Origin: Hyalangium minutum
Lineage (GTDB): Bacteria; Myxococcota; Myxococcia; Myxococcales; Myxococcaceae
Reading direction: 5' to 3'
Assembly: GCF_000737315.1 (NCBI RefSeq)
Contig: NZ_JMCB01000006.1
Coordinates: 62,001 to 126,000 of the forward strand
Length of the DNA stretch: 64,000 nt
The notes beneath the pieces are model-generated. The model was not told where the DNA came from. It saw only the letters and a program-made list of their open reading frames with translations, and did not search any database. Below, in pieces: positions 1 through 10,336 of the stretch. The stretch's first letter is position 1. Every line of letters starts with the position of its first letter. The translations under genes were made by a program, and so were the position numbers.

Positions 1-373
1 CGCTGGCGTCACGGAAGACGGTGGCCATGCCGGACTTGGAGCGGAGGCGCTGGATGTCCGAGGGCTTGAGGCCGAAGACGTTGAAGTCCTCGCGCAGGCG
101 GGCCTCCTGGCCGAGCCAGGACTCGTTGAGCGACTCGATGCGGTGGATGCGGCCGTGGCGCCAGGTGAGGTAGCCGGTGGCGCGCAGGAGGGCGTCGTAG
201 TCGTGGAGGCTGGGGGTGAAGAAGTACTCGCGGAGGTTCTCCCGCAGCTCGTGGCGCAGGGTGTCGTAGGGGGTGTCACCGATGGCCAGCACGTTGACGC
301 CCCGCTCCCGCAGAGCGGTGATGAAGTGGAAGAACTGAGGCGGAAAGTGGGGAGAGATGAAGACGAAGTTCAT
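1..373 (-). CDS. ATP-grasp domain protein, N-terminal part (runs off the window start)
   Basis: Manual translation from ATG at 373: MNFVFISPHFPPQFFHFITALRERGVNVLAIGD...RIESLNESWL...RSKSGM, open to base 1 with GC-rich third positions. Resembles N-termini of bacterial ATP-grasp proteins. Not in the ORF track. Confidence 0.6.
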   Translation of the reverse strand, partial: MNFVFISPHFPPQFFHFITALRERGVNVLAIGDTPYDTLRHELRENLREYFFTPSLHDYDALLRATGYLTWRHGRIHRIESLNESWLGQEARLREDFNVFGLKPSDIQRLRSKSGMATVFRDAS

Positions 374-621
374 GGCTCGCCGGAGTGGGGGCTCCCGTGG
401 GCCCGACCATAGCGCGGCCAGGGGCGATGCCTACTTCCTGACGAGCGGGAGCCACGGGTAGGCCCCCTTGCCCGGTAGGTATCCACTGTGGGCCCTCAGG
501 TTCGGGCACGGGGACACGGTCCTGGGGGCACAGGTCGCGGGTCCCTCGGCTCGGTGCGGGGCCCCCCGTCAGCGGACGGGTCCTCCCGCACCGGCCGTCC
601 CGCTCTCCCTCGGCTCACGGC

Positions 622-2301
622 TCAGTTCTTCGTCAGCGGCCGGTACCGGATGCGGTGCGGCTGCAGCGCCTCGGGCCCCAAGCGCTTCTTCTTGTCCGCC
701 TCGTAGTCCTGGAAGTTGCCCTCGAAGAAGAACACCTTGCTGTCCCCCTCGAACGCCAGGATGTGCGTCGCGATGCGGTCCAGGAACCACCGGTCGTGGC
801 TGATCACCACCGCGCACCCCGCGAAGTTCAGCAGCGCCTCCTCCAGGCTCCGCAGCGTCTCCACGTCCAGGTCGTTCGTCGGCTCGTCCAGCAGCAGCAG
901 GTTGCCACCGCTCTTCAGCATCTTCGCCAGGTGCACCCGGTTGCGCTCGCCGCCCGACAGGTCCTTCACCCGCTTCTGCTGATCCTGACCCTTGAACGCG
1001 AACCCCGCCAGGTACGCACGGCTCGGCATCTGCCCCGCCCGTCCCAGGTCGATGTGGTCCAGCCCGCCGCTGACCTCCTCGAACACCGACTTGTCCCCAT
1101 TCAGCGCGTCACGGCTCTGGTCCACGTAGGCCAGCTTCACCGTCTCGCCCACCTTCAGCTCGCCCGCGTCCGGCTTCTCCACGCCCGTGATCATCCGGAA
1201 CAGCGTCGTCTTGCCCGCACCGTTCGGCCCAATCACGCCCACGATACCACCCGGCGGCAACTTGAAGTTCAGGTCCTCAACCAGCAGCCGGTCTCCGAAC
1301 GACTTGCGCAGCCCCTTCGCCTCCACCACCAGCCCGCCCAGCTTCGGCCCCGGCGGAATCGTCACCTCGCCGGTCGCATCGCGCTTCTCCTGCGTCTGGT
1401 TGACCAGATCCTCGTACGCCTGGATGCGCGCCTTGCTCTTGGCCTGACGCGCCTTCGGGCTCGCCCGCACCCACTCCAGCTCGCGCTTGAGCGTCTTCTG
1501 CCGGTGGCTCTCCGCCTTCTCCTCCAGCTCCAGCCGCTTCTGCTTCTGGTCCAGCCACGAGGAGTAGTTCCCCTTCCAGGGCACGCCCTCGCCCCGGTCC
1601 AGCTCCAGGATCCACTCCGCCACGTTGTCCAGGAAGTACCGGTCGTGAGTAATACTGACGATCGTCCCCTTGTAGTCCTTCAGCGCCTTCTCCAGCCACG
1701 CCACGCTCTCGGCATCCAGGTGGTTGGTGGGCTCGTCCAGCAACAGCAGGTCCGGCTTCTCCAGCAGGATGCGGCACAGCGCCACACGGCGCTTCTCACC
1801 GCCCGACAGCTTCGTCACGTCCGCATCGCCCGGCGGCAGCCGCAGCGAGTCCATCGCCATCTCGATGGTCCGGTCCAGCTCCCAGCCGTTCGCCGCATCA
1901 ATCGCGTCCTGCAGCTTGCCCTGCTCGGCCAGCAGCTTCTCCATCTCCGTGTCGCTCAAGGGCTCGCCGAACTTGGCGGACACCTCGTTGAAGCGATCCA
2001 TCAGGCCGCGGATCTCCTTCAGGCCCAGCTCCACGTTCCCCTTCACGTCCAGCGAAGCGTCGAGCTGGGGCTCCTGCGGCAGGAAGCCCACCTTCGCGCC
2101 CGGGTCCGGCTTGGCAATGCCGAAGAACTCCTTGTCCACCCCGGCCATGATGCGCAGCAGCGTGGACTTACCCGAGCCGTTCGGGCCGATGACGCCAATC
2201 TTCGCGCCCGGGAAGAAGGACAGGTAGATGCCCTTGAGGATGTCCTTCCCACCCTTGACCTTGCGCAGGTCCTGCATGGTGAAGATGAAGTTCTGGGCCA
2301 T
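622..2301 (-). CDS. ettA: Energy-dependent translational throttle EttA (ABC-F family)
   Basis: Two ABC cassettes (GPNGSGKS / LSGGE / [11 protein letters not shown] and GPNGAGKT / LSGGE / [11 protein letters not shown]), no TM segments, inter-domain linker with [12 protein letters not shown] typical of EttA/ChvD. Confidence 0.95.
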   Translation of the reverse strand: MAQNFIFTMQDLRKVKGGKDILKGIYLSFFPGAKIGVIGPNGSGKSTLLRIMAGVDKEFFGIAKPDPGAKVGFLPQEPQLDASLDVKGNVELGLKEIRGLMDRFNEVSAKFGEPLSDTEMEKLLAEQGKLQDAIDAANGWELDRTIEMAMDSLRLPPGDADVTKLSGGEKRRVALCRILLEKPDLLLLDEPTNHLDAESVAWLEKALKDYKGTIVSITHDRYFLDNVAEWILELDRGEGVPWKGNYSSWLDQKQKRLELEEKAESHRQKTLKRELEWVRASPKARQAKSKARIQAYEDLVNQTQEKRDATGEVTIPPGPKLGGLVVEAKGLRKSFGDRLLVEDLNFKLPPGGIVGVIGPNGAGKTTLFRMITGVEKPDAGELKVGETVKLAYVDQSRDALNGDKSVFEEVSGGLDHIDLGRAGQMPSRAYLAGFAFKGQDQQKRVKDLSGGERNRVHLAKMLKSGGNLLLLDEPTNDLDVETLRSLEEALLNFAGCAVVISHDRWFLDRIATHILAFEGDSKVFFFEGNFQDYEADKKKRLGPEALQPHRIRYRPLTKN

Positions 2302-2402
2302 CGCGGGTTCGGTGCCTCCAAGTGACGACGTAGACGGTGGCGGATACTAAGGAGGGCCGCGCGGTGCAAGGAACTCTCCATGCCTCCGCCCTGCCCGAGT
2401 GC

Positions 2403-2918
2403 TCAGCGGCGCAGCCGCTCCCACAGGGACTCGGCGAGCATGTACGCGAAGTCCGCGTCCCCGAAGCGCACCAGATCCCCGTCCTGGACGTAATACTCCT
2501 TGTGGGCATCCAGGAGGTGCCCGTTCAGCTGCGTACCATTCATCGAGCCCAGGTCCACGATGGTGCTGGTGTCCGTCTGCCCGTGCCAGCTCAGCCGCGC
2601 GTGCTCCTTGGAGACGGACGGATCGTTGATGACCAAATCGCAACTCGGCAGGCGCCCCACCGAGAGCGAGTCCACGCTGCGCAGCGGCGGCAGCGTGGCG
2701 ACAATCAGCTCGTCGAAGCGCAGCATCACCGCCAGCTGCATGGCCTCCAGGCTGGGGCCCGTGGCCGCCATGGTGCTCTGCGCCCCCATGCGCATCGCCA
2801 TCTGCTCCACCACCGGCCGCGGCGGCTTCTGCACCAGCACGAAGGGACCAATCTGATTGCAGAAGAACGCCTCGGTCAGCCGCGAGGCCAGCGACCGCAA
2901 TTCCCGGACATTGAGCAT
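2403..2918 (-). CDS. FHA domain protein
   Basis: FHA signature GR...S..H...DLGSMNGT (SVGRLPSCDLVINDPSVSKEHARL...DLGSMNGTQLNG). Confidence 0.9.
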   Translation of the reverse strand: MLNVRELRSLASRLTEAFFCNQIGPFVLVQKPPRPVVEQMAMRMGAQSTMAATGPSLEAMQLAVMLRFDELIVATLPPLRSVDSLSVGRLPSCDLVINDPSVSKEHARLSWHGQTDTSTIVDLGSMNGTQLNGHLLDAHKEYYVQDGDLVRFGDADFAYMLAESLWERLRR

Positions 2919-2945
2919 GGCGCGCGCAGTCTAGCGCGGCGAGGG

Positions 2946-3917
2946 ATGACCACCACTCCCAGAGGTGCTAAGCCCGCCTCCGCCATGTCCTCGCCCGTCC
3001 TGGAGCTGCAGGGGCTCACCAAGTCCTATGCCAAGCTCACCGCGCTCTCCGACGTGAACCTCTCCATCCGCCAGGGTGAAATCTTCGCCCTGCTGGGCCC
3101 CAATGGAGCAGGCAAGACGACACTCATCGGCTCCATCTGCGGCCTGGTGAAGAAGACCAGCGGCCGCATCCTCCTGTTCGGCAAGGATCTGGACCAGGAC
3201 CCCGTGGGCCCTCGCTATGACGTGGGCCTCGTCCCCCAGGAGATCAACTTCGACCCCTTCTTCTCCGTCGCCGAGTCCCTCCGCATCCAGCTCGGCTACT
3301 ACGGCCGCCCCCGCGACGACGCCCGCGTGGACGAGGTGCTCACCGCCCTCAACCTCCAGGCCAAGAAGAACTCCCTCACCCGTGCCCTCTCGGGCGGCAT
3401 GAAGCGCCGCCTCCTCATCGCCAAGGCCCTGGTGCACAAGCCGAAGCTCGTCTTCCTCGACGAGCCCACCGCCGGCGTGGACGTGGAGCTGCGCCGCGAC
3501 CTGTGGACCTACGTGCGCAAGCTGGCCTCCGAGGGCACCACCGTCATCCTCACCACGCACTACTTGGAGGAGGCCGAGGAGCTCGCCGACCGCGTGGGCG
3601 TCATCAACGAGGGGCGCCTGCTGCTGGTGGAGGACAAGGCCTCGGTGATGCGCCGCTTCGGCGAGCGCCGCCTCGTGGTCACCTTCGAGCAGCCCCTGGC
3701 CGAGCTGCCCGAGGCCACCCGCCGCTTCAACGCCACCCTCTCCGAGGACCGCCGCACCCTCGCCTATATCGAGCGCGAGGGCACGCCCCCCTCCGGAGAG
3801 CTGCTGCGCGCCCTCTACGCCCAGGGCCTGCCCATCTCCGATGTGGAGACGCGGCGCTCGCGCCTGGAGGACGTCCTCATCGAAATCCTGCGAGGCCGCC
3901 CCCAGAAGGCTGCCTGA
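2946..3917 (+). CDS. ABC transporter ATP-binding protein (YadG-like ABC-2 exporter); start 2946 or 2985
   Basis: [27 protein letters not shown]-loop TTHY. The track ORF from 2337 is over-extended across the FHA gene. Confidence 0.92.
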   Translation: MTTTPRGAKPASAMSSPVLELQGLTKSYAKLTALSDVNLSIRQGEIFALLGPNGAGKTTLIGSICGLVKKTSGRILLFGKDLDQDPVGPRYDVGLVPQEINFDPFFSVAESLRIQLGYYGRPRDDARVDEVLTALNLQAKKNSLTRALSGGMKRRLLIAKALVHKPKLVFLDEPTAGVDVELRRDLWTYVRKLASEGTTVILTTHYLEEAEELADRVGVINEGRLLLVEDKASVMRRFGERRLVVTFEQPLAELPEATRRFNATLSEDRRTLAYIEREGTPPSGELLRALYAQGLPISDVETRRSRLEDVLIEILRGRPQKAA

Positions 3918-3926
3918 GCCAACGCC

Positions 3927-4688
3927 ATGAACACCCTTGGGATGAAGACGCTGTTCGAGAAGGAGGTCCGCCGCTTCATGCGCGTGCCGGGCCAGACCGT
4001 CCTCTCGCCGCTCATCAGCACCACGCTGTATTTCATCGTCTTCGGCTACTCCATCTCCTCGCGCGTCCACGAAGTGGAGGGCGTGCCGTACCTGCCCTTC
4101 ATCGTCCCGGGCCTCATCTTCCTGGGCATCGCCAACAACGCGTTCCTCAACTCCAGCTCCTCGCTCTTCATCACCAAGATTCAGGGCACGGTGGTGGACC
4201 TGCTCGTAGCCCCCCTGGGCCCCGGCGAGCTGATGGCCGGCTTCATTGGCGGCGCCATGGTGCGCGGGCTCGTGGTGGGCGCGCTCACCTGGGCCGTGGC
4301 CGCCATCTTCACCGGCTTCAGCCTCCAGCACGCCGTGGTGGCCGCCTACTTCCTGTTCATCGCCTCCTACGTCTTCAGCGTGCTGGGAATGCTGGCGGCC
4401 ATCTGGGCCGAGAAGTTCGAGCAGATCAACTTCTTCCCCACCTTCGTGATGATGCCGCTCACCTTCCTGGGTGGCGTCTTCTACTCGGTGCGCGAGCTGC
4501 CCTCGCCCTGGAACCAGATCAGCCTCTTCAACCCCATGGTCTATATGGTGGAGGGACTGCGCTATGGCATGCTGGGCCGCAGCATCTTTCCCCCCGCGCT
4601 GGGAGGTGGCATCCTGGCCGTCCTGGCCGTGGCTGCCACCCTGGTGGTCTACCTGGCGCTGCGCTCCGGCTACAAGATGAAGGCCTGA
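3927..4688 (+). CDS. ABC-2 type transporter permease (YadH-like)
   Basis: About 6 hydrophobic segments, FIVPGLI and NPMVYMVEGLRY motifs; 9 bp after the ATPase. Confidence 0.9.
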   Translation: MNTLGMKTLFEKEVRRFMRVPGQTVLSPLISTTLYFIVFGYSISSRVHEVEGVPYLPFIVPGLIFLGIANNAFLNSSSSLFITKIQGTVVDLLVAPLGPGELMAGFIGGAMVRGLVVGALTWAVAAIFTGFSLQHAVVAAYFLFIASYVFSVLGMLAAIWAEKFEQINFFPTFVMMPLTFLGGVFYSVRELPSPWNQISLFNPMVYMVEGLRYGMLGRSIFPPALGGGILAVLAVAATLVVYLALRSGYKMKA

Positions 4689-4810
4689 CACCTGCCCACA
4701 GCGGGTTGAGGGCCACAGGACAATTCGCCTGGTTGCTCCCTCTTCTGGCCAGGGAACGGAAAGACGGGCTTTCACGTCGTACCCTGGCTCAGGGTATCTT
4801 AGAAAACGAG

Positions 4811-6436
4811 ATGGCTGTCCCCTTCGGGAAGTACGAACTGCTTCGTAAGATCGCCTCGGGCGGCATGGGCCAGGTGTTCCTGGCGCGTGAGCGCAGCTCG
4901 GTCGAGCGGCTGGTCGTGCTCAAGCTCATCCTCCCCCACCTGGCCGAGGACGATGAGTTCCTCACCATGTTCCTGGAGGAGGCGCGGCTGGTCGCCCGGC
5001 TCCAGCACCCCAACCTCGTCACCATCCTGGACCTGCAGGAGGTGGAGGGGCGCCACTGTCTGGCCATGGAGTACGTGCAGGGCGATGACGTGCGGCGGCT
5101 GGACAAGCAGTCCCGGCTGAAGGGGCGGCTGCTGCCCGCGGGGCTGGTGCTGCGCGTCATCTCCGAGGCCGCCGCGGGGCTCGACTACGCGCACAAGGCC
5201 CGTGACGCACAGGGCCAGCCGCTGAAGCTGGTTCACCGGGATGTCTCTCCGCAGAACATCCTCGTGGGCTTCGACGGGGCGGTGAAGATCATCGACTTCG
5301 GCGTGGCGAAGGCGGCCGGCAGCGGCCACCACACCGCCACCGGGGTGCTCAAGGGCAAGTATCCTTATATGTCCCCGGAGCAGGCCTCGGGGCAGGCCAT
5401 CGACGGGCGCAGCGATCAGTTCGCGCTGGGCGTGGTGATGTGGGAGCTGCTCACGGGCCGCCGCCTCTTCAAGGGCGAGTCGGACATGATGACGCTGCGC
5501 CTGGTGAAGGACTGCCAGGTGCCGAAGCCCTCGCAGATCAACCCCAAGCTGCCGCCGGGGCTGGACGAGGTGGTGCTGCGGGCGCTGGCGACCACGCCGG
5601 ACAAGCGGTACCCGGACTGCGGCGCGCTCCGGCTCGCGCTCGAGGACTACATCATCCAGCTGCGGCTGCCGGCCAGCACCGCGCACCTGTCCGCCTTCCT
5701 GCGCGAGCTGTACGCGGACCGCATCGCCGCGGAGTCGGATCCGGCCAAGCTGGACCAGCTGGCCGAGGACACGGACCTGGACACGAAGGACAAGTCCAAC
5801 CCCTCGCGCATCGACTCGTTGGGGTCGCCGGGCCACCGGCCCACGCCCTCGCGCGTGTCGATGCCCAGCATGCGCTCCCGGCATTCCGTGGAGGCCCTGG
5901 TGGGGCCCGCGCCCGGACACCGGCAGGAGTCCACCCGGGGCACCCAGCCGCTGGGCCGTCCCACGCCCCAGCGCCGCTTCCCCCTCATCCCCGTGGTAGT
6001 GAGCAGCGCGGCGCTGCTCGTCATCGCCGGGGCCGCGCTCGTCTACTTCACCCAGAAACCGGACGCTTCCCAGCCGCCCCCCGTGGTGGCCAACCCACCG
6101 ATGAAGCCGGTGGAGCCGCCCCCCGTGCCGCGCCCGCAGACCGCCGCTCCGCTCAAGGTGGAGCTGGTGCTCAAGTCCGAGCCCACCGGCGCGGCGGTGC
6201 AGCTCGCGGGCAAGCCGCTCGGGGTGACACCGGTAACGCTGGCCGTGGCACCCGAGGAAGCCCCCCTGGAGGTGACGCTGTCGCTGGACGGGTATGAGCC
6301 GCTGACGCGCCACGTGTCCGCCGCGAACGCGCCCAGCCTGATGCTCGCGCTGGAGCGGCGCGCCGCGCCCACGAAGCCGCCCACCAACGGCACCTCCAAG
6401 AAGCCGCCGCCCAGCTACATCAAGAAGGGCCGCTGA
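4811..6436 (+). CDS. Membrane Ser/Thr protein kinase with C-terminal PEGA domain
   Basis: GGMGQV, VLK, HRDVSPQN, DFG, YMSPE; TM IPVVVSSAALLVIAGAALVYF; Pro-rich linker; PEGA-like LKSEPTGAAVQLAGKPLGVTP. Start MAVPFGKY at 4811. Confidence 0.93.
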   Translation: MAVPFGKYELLRKIASGGMGQVFLARERSSVERLVVLKLILPHLAEDDEFLTMFLEEARLVARLQHPNLVTILDLQEVEGRHCLAMEYVQGDDVRRLDKQSRLKGRLLPAGLVLRVISEAAAGLDYAHKARDAQGQPLKLVHRDVSPQNILVGFDGAVKIIDFGVAKAAGSGHHTATGVLKGKYPYMSPEQASGQAIDGRSDQFALGVVMWELLTGRRLFKGESDMMTLRLVKDCQVPKPSQINPKLPPGLDEVVLRALATTPDKRYPDCGALRLALEDYIIQLRLPASTAHLSAFLRELYADRIAAESDPAKLDQLAEDTDLDTKDKSNPSRIDSLGSPGHRPTPSRVSMPSMRSRHSVEALVGPAPGHRQESTRGTQPLGRPTPQRRFPLIPVVVSSAALLVIAGAALVYFTQKPDASQPPPVVANPPMKPVEPPPVPRPQTAAPLKVELVLKSEPTGAAVQLAGKPLGVTPVTLAVAPEEAPLEVTLSLDGYEPLTRHVSAANAPSLMLALERRAAPTKPPTNGTSKKPPPSYIKKGR

Positions 6437-6474
6437 GCCCGCAGGGCTCAGGGCTGCTCCGGTGGGGTGGCGGT

Positions 6475-8499
6475 TCAGATGCGCGGTGGCGCCTGGGACA
6501 CCAGCCTGCGGATGAGCTCCGGCTCGAACGGCTTGTCGATGCGTGGGTGTGAGGAGCTCTGCAGGAAGGCCCGGGCCCGCGCCGTGAAGCCCCCGCCCGT
6601 CATGAAGACGAGCCGCGGCAGGCACTCGGGGTGGTGCTTCGCCAGCTCGGCGTGGACGTCCATGCCCGTCAGGTCCGTCATCATCAAGTCGCAGAAGATG
6701 CGGTCGAAGTCCGTGTCGCGCTCCAGCAGCGCGAGCGCCTCGCGGCCGCTGGCGGTCACCACCACCTCGTTGCCCCGGCCGATGATGCGCCGCATGACGG
6801 AGGCAATGCCCGCCTCGTCGTCGATGATGAGCACGCGCTTGCCCTGAACCGGCGGCGCCTCCAGCACGGAGGCCAGCGAGGGCACCACGTCCCCGCTCGC
6901 CGAACCCCGGGTGGGCAGCACCACGCGGAACGTGCTCCCCTTGCCCGGCATGCTGGCCGCCGTCAGCTCCCCGCGCAGCGCCTTGATGATGCCGTGGCAG
7001 ATGGACAGCCCCAGCCCGGTGCCCTCGCCCTGGGCCTTGGTGGTGAAGAAGGGCTCGAAGGCGCGCGTCAGCACGTCCGGCGTCATCCCCATGCCCGTGT
7101 CCGTCACCTCCACCACCACGTGCTCATCCCTCGCGTACGTGTTGAGCACGATGCGGTGGTGCGTCGAGTCCCCCTCGGGGATGGCCTGCGCCGCGTTGAT
7201 GAGCAGGTTGAGGAACACCTGCCCCAGCTTGGCCTCGTTGGCCCACACCGGGGCCACGTTGCCGTAGCACTTCACCACCTGCGCGCGGTAGCGGATGTGG
7301 TTCATCGCCATGGAGAGGCTGAACTCCAGCGCCGCGTGCACGTCCACCTGCTTCAGCTGCGCGTCATCTCCCCGGGCGAACGTCTTCAAGTCCCGGACAA
7401 TGCCGCGGATGCGCTCGGCGCCCTCGCGGGCCTCCGCCAACGCCTCGGCCGTCTCCTCGATCGCCTTGCGCGCCTCCACCTGCGGCAGCGCCTGGAGCTG
7501 CTCCAGCGCGAAGTGGATGTTGCCCATCACGAAGGACAGCGGGTTGTTGATTTCATGCCCCACGCCCGCGGCGAGCTGGCCCGCCACCGCCAGCTTCTCC
7601 GACTGCACGAGCTTCTCCCGGGCCGCGAGCAGCTCCCGCGCGCGCTGCCGCGCCAGCTCCTCCGCCTCCAGGCGGCCCGAGTGCTCGCGGTTGAGCAGCG
7701 CGTCCCGCTCCTGCTCCGCCTTCTTCTTCTCATTGATGTCGCGGAAGAAGATGGCGATGCCGTTGCCGGACGGGTACGCGTGCACCTCGAACCAGCGGCC
7801 GCGCGAGAACTCCATCTCGAAGACGGTGGAGACGCGCTCCGCCATGACTCGCCGGTACTCGCGCTCGGCGATGGTGCCCATCAGCTCGGGGCTGGTGCTC
7901 CAGATGTCGCGGCCGAAGAGCTTCTCGCGCGGCTTGCCCGTCAGCAGCAGCGCGTTGCGGTTGATGTACGTGTAGCGCCAGTGCGCATCCACGGAGAAGA
8001 AGCCCTCGGGCAGGTTCTCCAGCAGCTCCACCAGCTTGTCGCGCGTCTCGCGCAGCCCCGTCTCCGCGCGCCGGGCGGCGGTGATGTCGCGCAGCCGCAC
8101 CAGCACGCCGTCTCGGAAGCGCGCCACGGTGGCCTGGAGCCACCCGTCGAACCCATCACATGCGTGAGGAAACACCTGCTGGCACGACTGGCCTGTCTCC
8201 ACCACTTGATGGAAGGCCTCGAACTGTCCCGCGAGCCCCAGCTCCGGCGGCACCTCGTGCAGCTTGTGCCCCACCAGGCTGCCCACGTGCCAGCTCAGCG
8301 TGCGCTCCGCGGCGGCGTTCGCGTAGATCCACTCGAAGTCGATCAGCGTGCCCTCTTCATCCCGCAGCGCGCGCAGCGCCATGCTGCCCTCGGGATGCGT
8401 GTTCTCCACCTCCGCCAGCACGCGGAGCACTTCGTCTCCTTCCCACTGGCGGGACCCCCTCAGGACCTTCGAGGGCTCGATGAATGCGGGCTTGGGCAT
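6475..8499 (-). CDS. Hybrid PAS-PAS histidine kinase/response regulator (cytoplasmic)
   Basis: Two PAS-like segments (WIYANAAAE; YTYINRNA), H-box GHEINNPL, N-box LNLLINAAQA, DTGMGM, FFTTK, GTGLGL, C-terminal receiver VLIIDDE...IFCDLMM. Confidence 0.93.
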   Translation of the reverse strand: MPKPAFIEPSKVLRGSRQWEGDEVLRVLAEVENTHPEGSMALRALRDEEGTLIDFEWIYANAAAERTLSWHVGSLVGHKLHEVPPELGLAGQFEAFHQVVETGQSCQQVFPHACDGFDGWLQATVARFRDGVLVRLRDITAARRAETGLRETRDKLVELLENLPEGFFSVDAHWRYTYINRNALLLTGKPREKLFGRDIWSTSPELMGTIAEREYRRVMAERVSTVFEMEFSRGRWFEVHAYPSGNGIAIFFRDINEKKKAEQERDALLNREHSGRLEAEELARQRARELLAAREKLVQSEKLAVAGQLAAGVGHEINNPLSFVMGNIHFALEQLQALPQVEARKAIEETAEALAEAREGAERIRGIVRDLKTFARGDDAQLKQVDVHAALEFSLSMAMNHIRYRAQVVKCYGNVAPVWANEAKLGQVFLNLLINAAQAIPEGDSTHHRIVLNTYARDEHVVVEVTDTGMGMTPDVLTRAFEPFFTTKAQGEGTGLGLSICHGIIKALRGELTAASMPGKGSTFRVVLPTRGSASGDVVPSLASVLEAPPVQGKRVLIIDDEAGIASVMRRIIGRGNEVVVTASGREALALLERDTDFDRIFCDLMMTDLTGMDVHAELAKHHPECLPRLVFMTGGGFTARARAFLQSSSHPRIDKPFEPELIRRLVSQAPPRI

Positions 8500-8712
8500 G
8501 CCTGAGGTCCTCCAACGCGTGGCGGCCAGACCGTGGACCAGAAGCCGGGGCCGTGGCTTCCGCCGCACGCAGCAGCTTACTCGCTTGGCTGACTCAGTAC
8601 AGACTCCGCACCCGCTCGAAGAACCCGCCGGTGAACAGCGTAACGGCGCGGAGAATCAGAATTCCCCGCGCCGTCTTTCCTCACTGATACAGGATTGCGT
8701 TGATCCGAACAG

Positions 8713-10089
8713 CTACGGCTGGATCTCGCGCACGCTCATCCACTTGAAGTCGACGTCGCTCGCGCTGTCCCAACGGAATGTTGCAATTGGGCCACCCCAC
8801 GTCATCGGCATGGCGGGATTGGAAGCTCCGCACTTACCGTGGTCGCCACCCCAGTCGCCCGCGTCCGTCATGTCGTAGATCTTCTTCCAGGTGACCTTGT
8901 CGGCGTTCTCGTTGAGGTACAGCTCGAGCTTCACGGCCGTCTTGCCGCCCGCGGTGACGTTGCGCATGACCGCCTTGAAGCCAACCCAGCGGCCCTTGAG
9001 CGAGCTGGTGGCGGGCTTGTACGGGGCCTGCTCGTAGCTGACGTGCCACGACTCCTTCTGCCAGCGCGTGCGCCCGTCATAGTGCAGCGCGCCCTTGTAC
9101 GAGGAGCCCTCGCACGGCACCGAGTCGTTGTGCTTGCCGCCGCGCGCGTACCAGTCGAAGTTGTCCGCCATGTCCGAGGCTGCGTTGAGCTTCACGAAGC
9201 CCGTCATCTCGATGTTCTTCCAGTCGTTGGCTGCCAGCATGTAGCCCTTGCTGGTCATCTGGTCCCGGTTGTACGTGGGGATCTTCCCCGCGCCGTAGCC
9301 GGTGGAGGTGAAGACGGACATGCGCACCTGGGTGGCCTTGATCTTCCAGGAGCCGTCCGCGTTCTTGGTGATGGGGTTCTGCGGATCGAAGCGAGAGTCC
9401 TTCGTCGGGTCCGCCGCCATCGCCCAGCTCTCACCGCCCGACTTCGTGGGGTAGATCATCGTCACACCGAACCCGTCCTTGCCCCCGGCGGGCGGAGTCG
9501 GGTCCGTCGGCGGAGTCGGGTCCGTCGGCGGAGCCGGGTCCGTCGGCGGAGTCGGGTCCGTCGGCGGAGTCGGCTCGGAGGTGCCGCCGCACCCGAGCAC
9601 GCGCATCTCGGAGATGCTGGCCCAGTTGTTGGTCGTGTTGCCTTTCACGGTGACCCTCACGTAGCGCGCGGGGGCAGCGGTGAAGGTGATGCGCTGCGCC
9701 TGATCCGAGCGGGCGCTCCGATTCGCGGCGACGTTGTAATAGGTGCTGCCATCGCGCGAGGTGGCCACCTCGTAGTTGTAGTTGCGCGTGGCGCCGCTGT
9801 GCCAGGTGACGTCCACAGCGCCCACCTGCTTCTCGGCGCCGAGATCCGCACGAATCCAGCAGCCGCTTCCATTGCAGGACCAGCGGGTGTCCGGTTTGCC
9901 GTCGAGCACGTTGGAGGGGACGTTGCCGTCATCTGCCTTGGCGGTGACGGCGGTGATGGGGACGTTCGTCGAGCAGGTGGTCTGGGCCCGCGCCGGAGTG
10001 GCGAGAGCCATCAGGGATAACACGCTGAGTGAGGGGATCAGCGCTCCGGAGAGGCGGCGCCAGGGGAGAGACTTCTTCGATCCGATCAA
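8713..10089 (-). CDS. Secreted protein: F5/8 type C (CBM32/discoidin) domain, Pro/Thr linker, unassigned C-terminal domain
   Basis: Likely TTG start at 10089 behind GAGGAA; signal peptide ending ATPARA-Q; discoidin motifs NVLDGKPDTRWS, WIRADLG, ARYVRV, WASISE; (PTPPTD)n linker. Confidence 0.75.
   Translation of the reverse strand: MIGSKKSLPWRRLSGALIPSLSVLSLMALATPARAQTTCSTNVPITAVTAKADDGNVPSNVLDGKPDTRWSCNGSGCWIRADLGAEKQVGAVDVTWHSGATRNYNYEVATSRDGSTYYNVAANRSARSDQAQRITFTAAPARYVRVTVKGNTTNNWASISEMRVLGCGGTSEPTPPTDPTPPTDPAPPTDPTPPTDPTPPAGGKDGFGVTMIYPTKSGGESWAMAADPTKDSRFDPQNPITKNADGSWKIKATQVRMSVFTSTGYGAGKIPTYNRDQMTSKGYMLAANDWKNIEMTGFVKLNAASDMADNFDWYARGGKHNDSVPCEGSSYKGALHYDGRTRWQKESWHVSYEQAPYKPATSSLKGRWVGFKAVMRNVTAGGKTAVKLELYLNENADKVTWKKIYDMTDAGDWGGDHGKCGASNPAMPMTWGGPIATFRWDSASDVDFKWMSVREIQP
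9491..9573. repeat. 18-bp tandem repeat, 4 full copies plus a partial, encoding the PTPPTD linker
   Basis: GGCGGAGTCGGGTCCGTC at 9491, 9509, 9527 (one mismatch), 9545, partial at 9563. Confidence 0.95.
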
Positions 10090-10336
10090 GTTCTGTGTTC
10101 CTCGGGTGAGGCCGCAGCTCCGCCTGCCCACTCCTAGAGGACTCCTGGAGCAGAGCGAGCACGGCTGACCGCGGCTGCGTTGTCGTCAGTGTCCCGCCAC
10201 AAGCGGAGAGCTCTCGCTCACCCGCTCATGACAGAACGCGTCGTTGCTGCAGTCCCGAGTACCGGATGTATTTTTGCTTTCTTCCCAAGCCGCGCGCGCG
10301 GTGTCTCTCGCCTGGAAGGTGGGTCCGGTGTGCGAC

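Noticed and set aside
655-2325. Long plus-strand ORF (556 aa) and many similar long antisense ORFs (e.g. 2931-4775, 6631-8505, 17732-20059, 30650-33739, 40712-43795, 47385-50384, 54041-56362)
   Set aside because: Antisense shadows of real genes. High GC3 removes stops on the opposite strand, and the translations are Arg/Ala/Gly/His-rich with no motifs.
2337-2945. Extended ORF starts in the track (2337 ABC, 3503 kinase, 47475 receptor, 50982 GT, 53540-56683 GH44, 23167-24804 SDR)
   Set aside because: The extensions overlap neighbouring real genes. Downstream starts with recognisable N-termini or start-stop overlaps were used.
9491-9573. Possible CRISPR or intergenic repeat array
   Set aside because: No spacers; the repeat is in frame and encodes a Pro/Thr linker.
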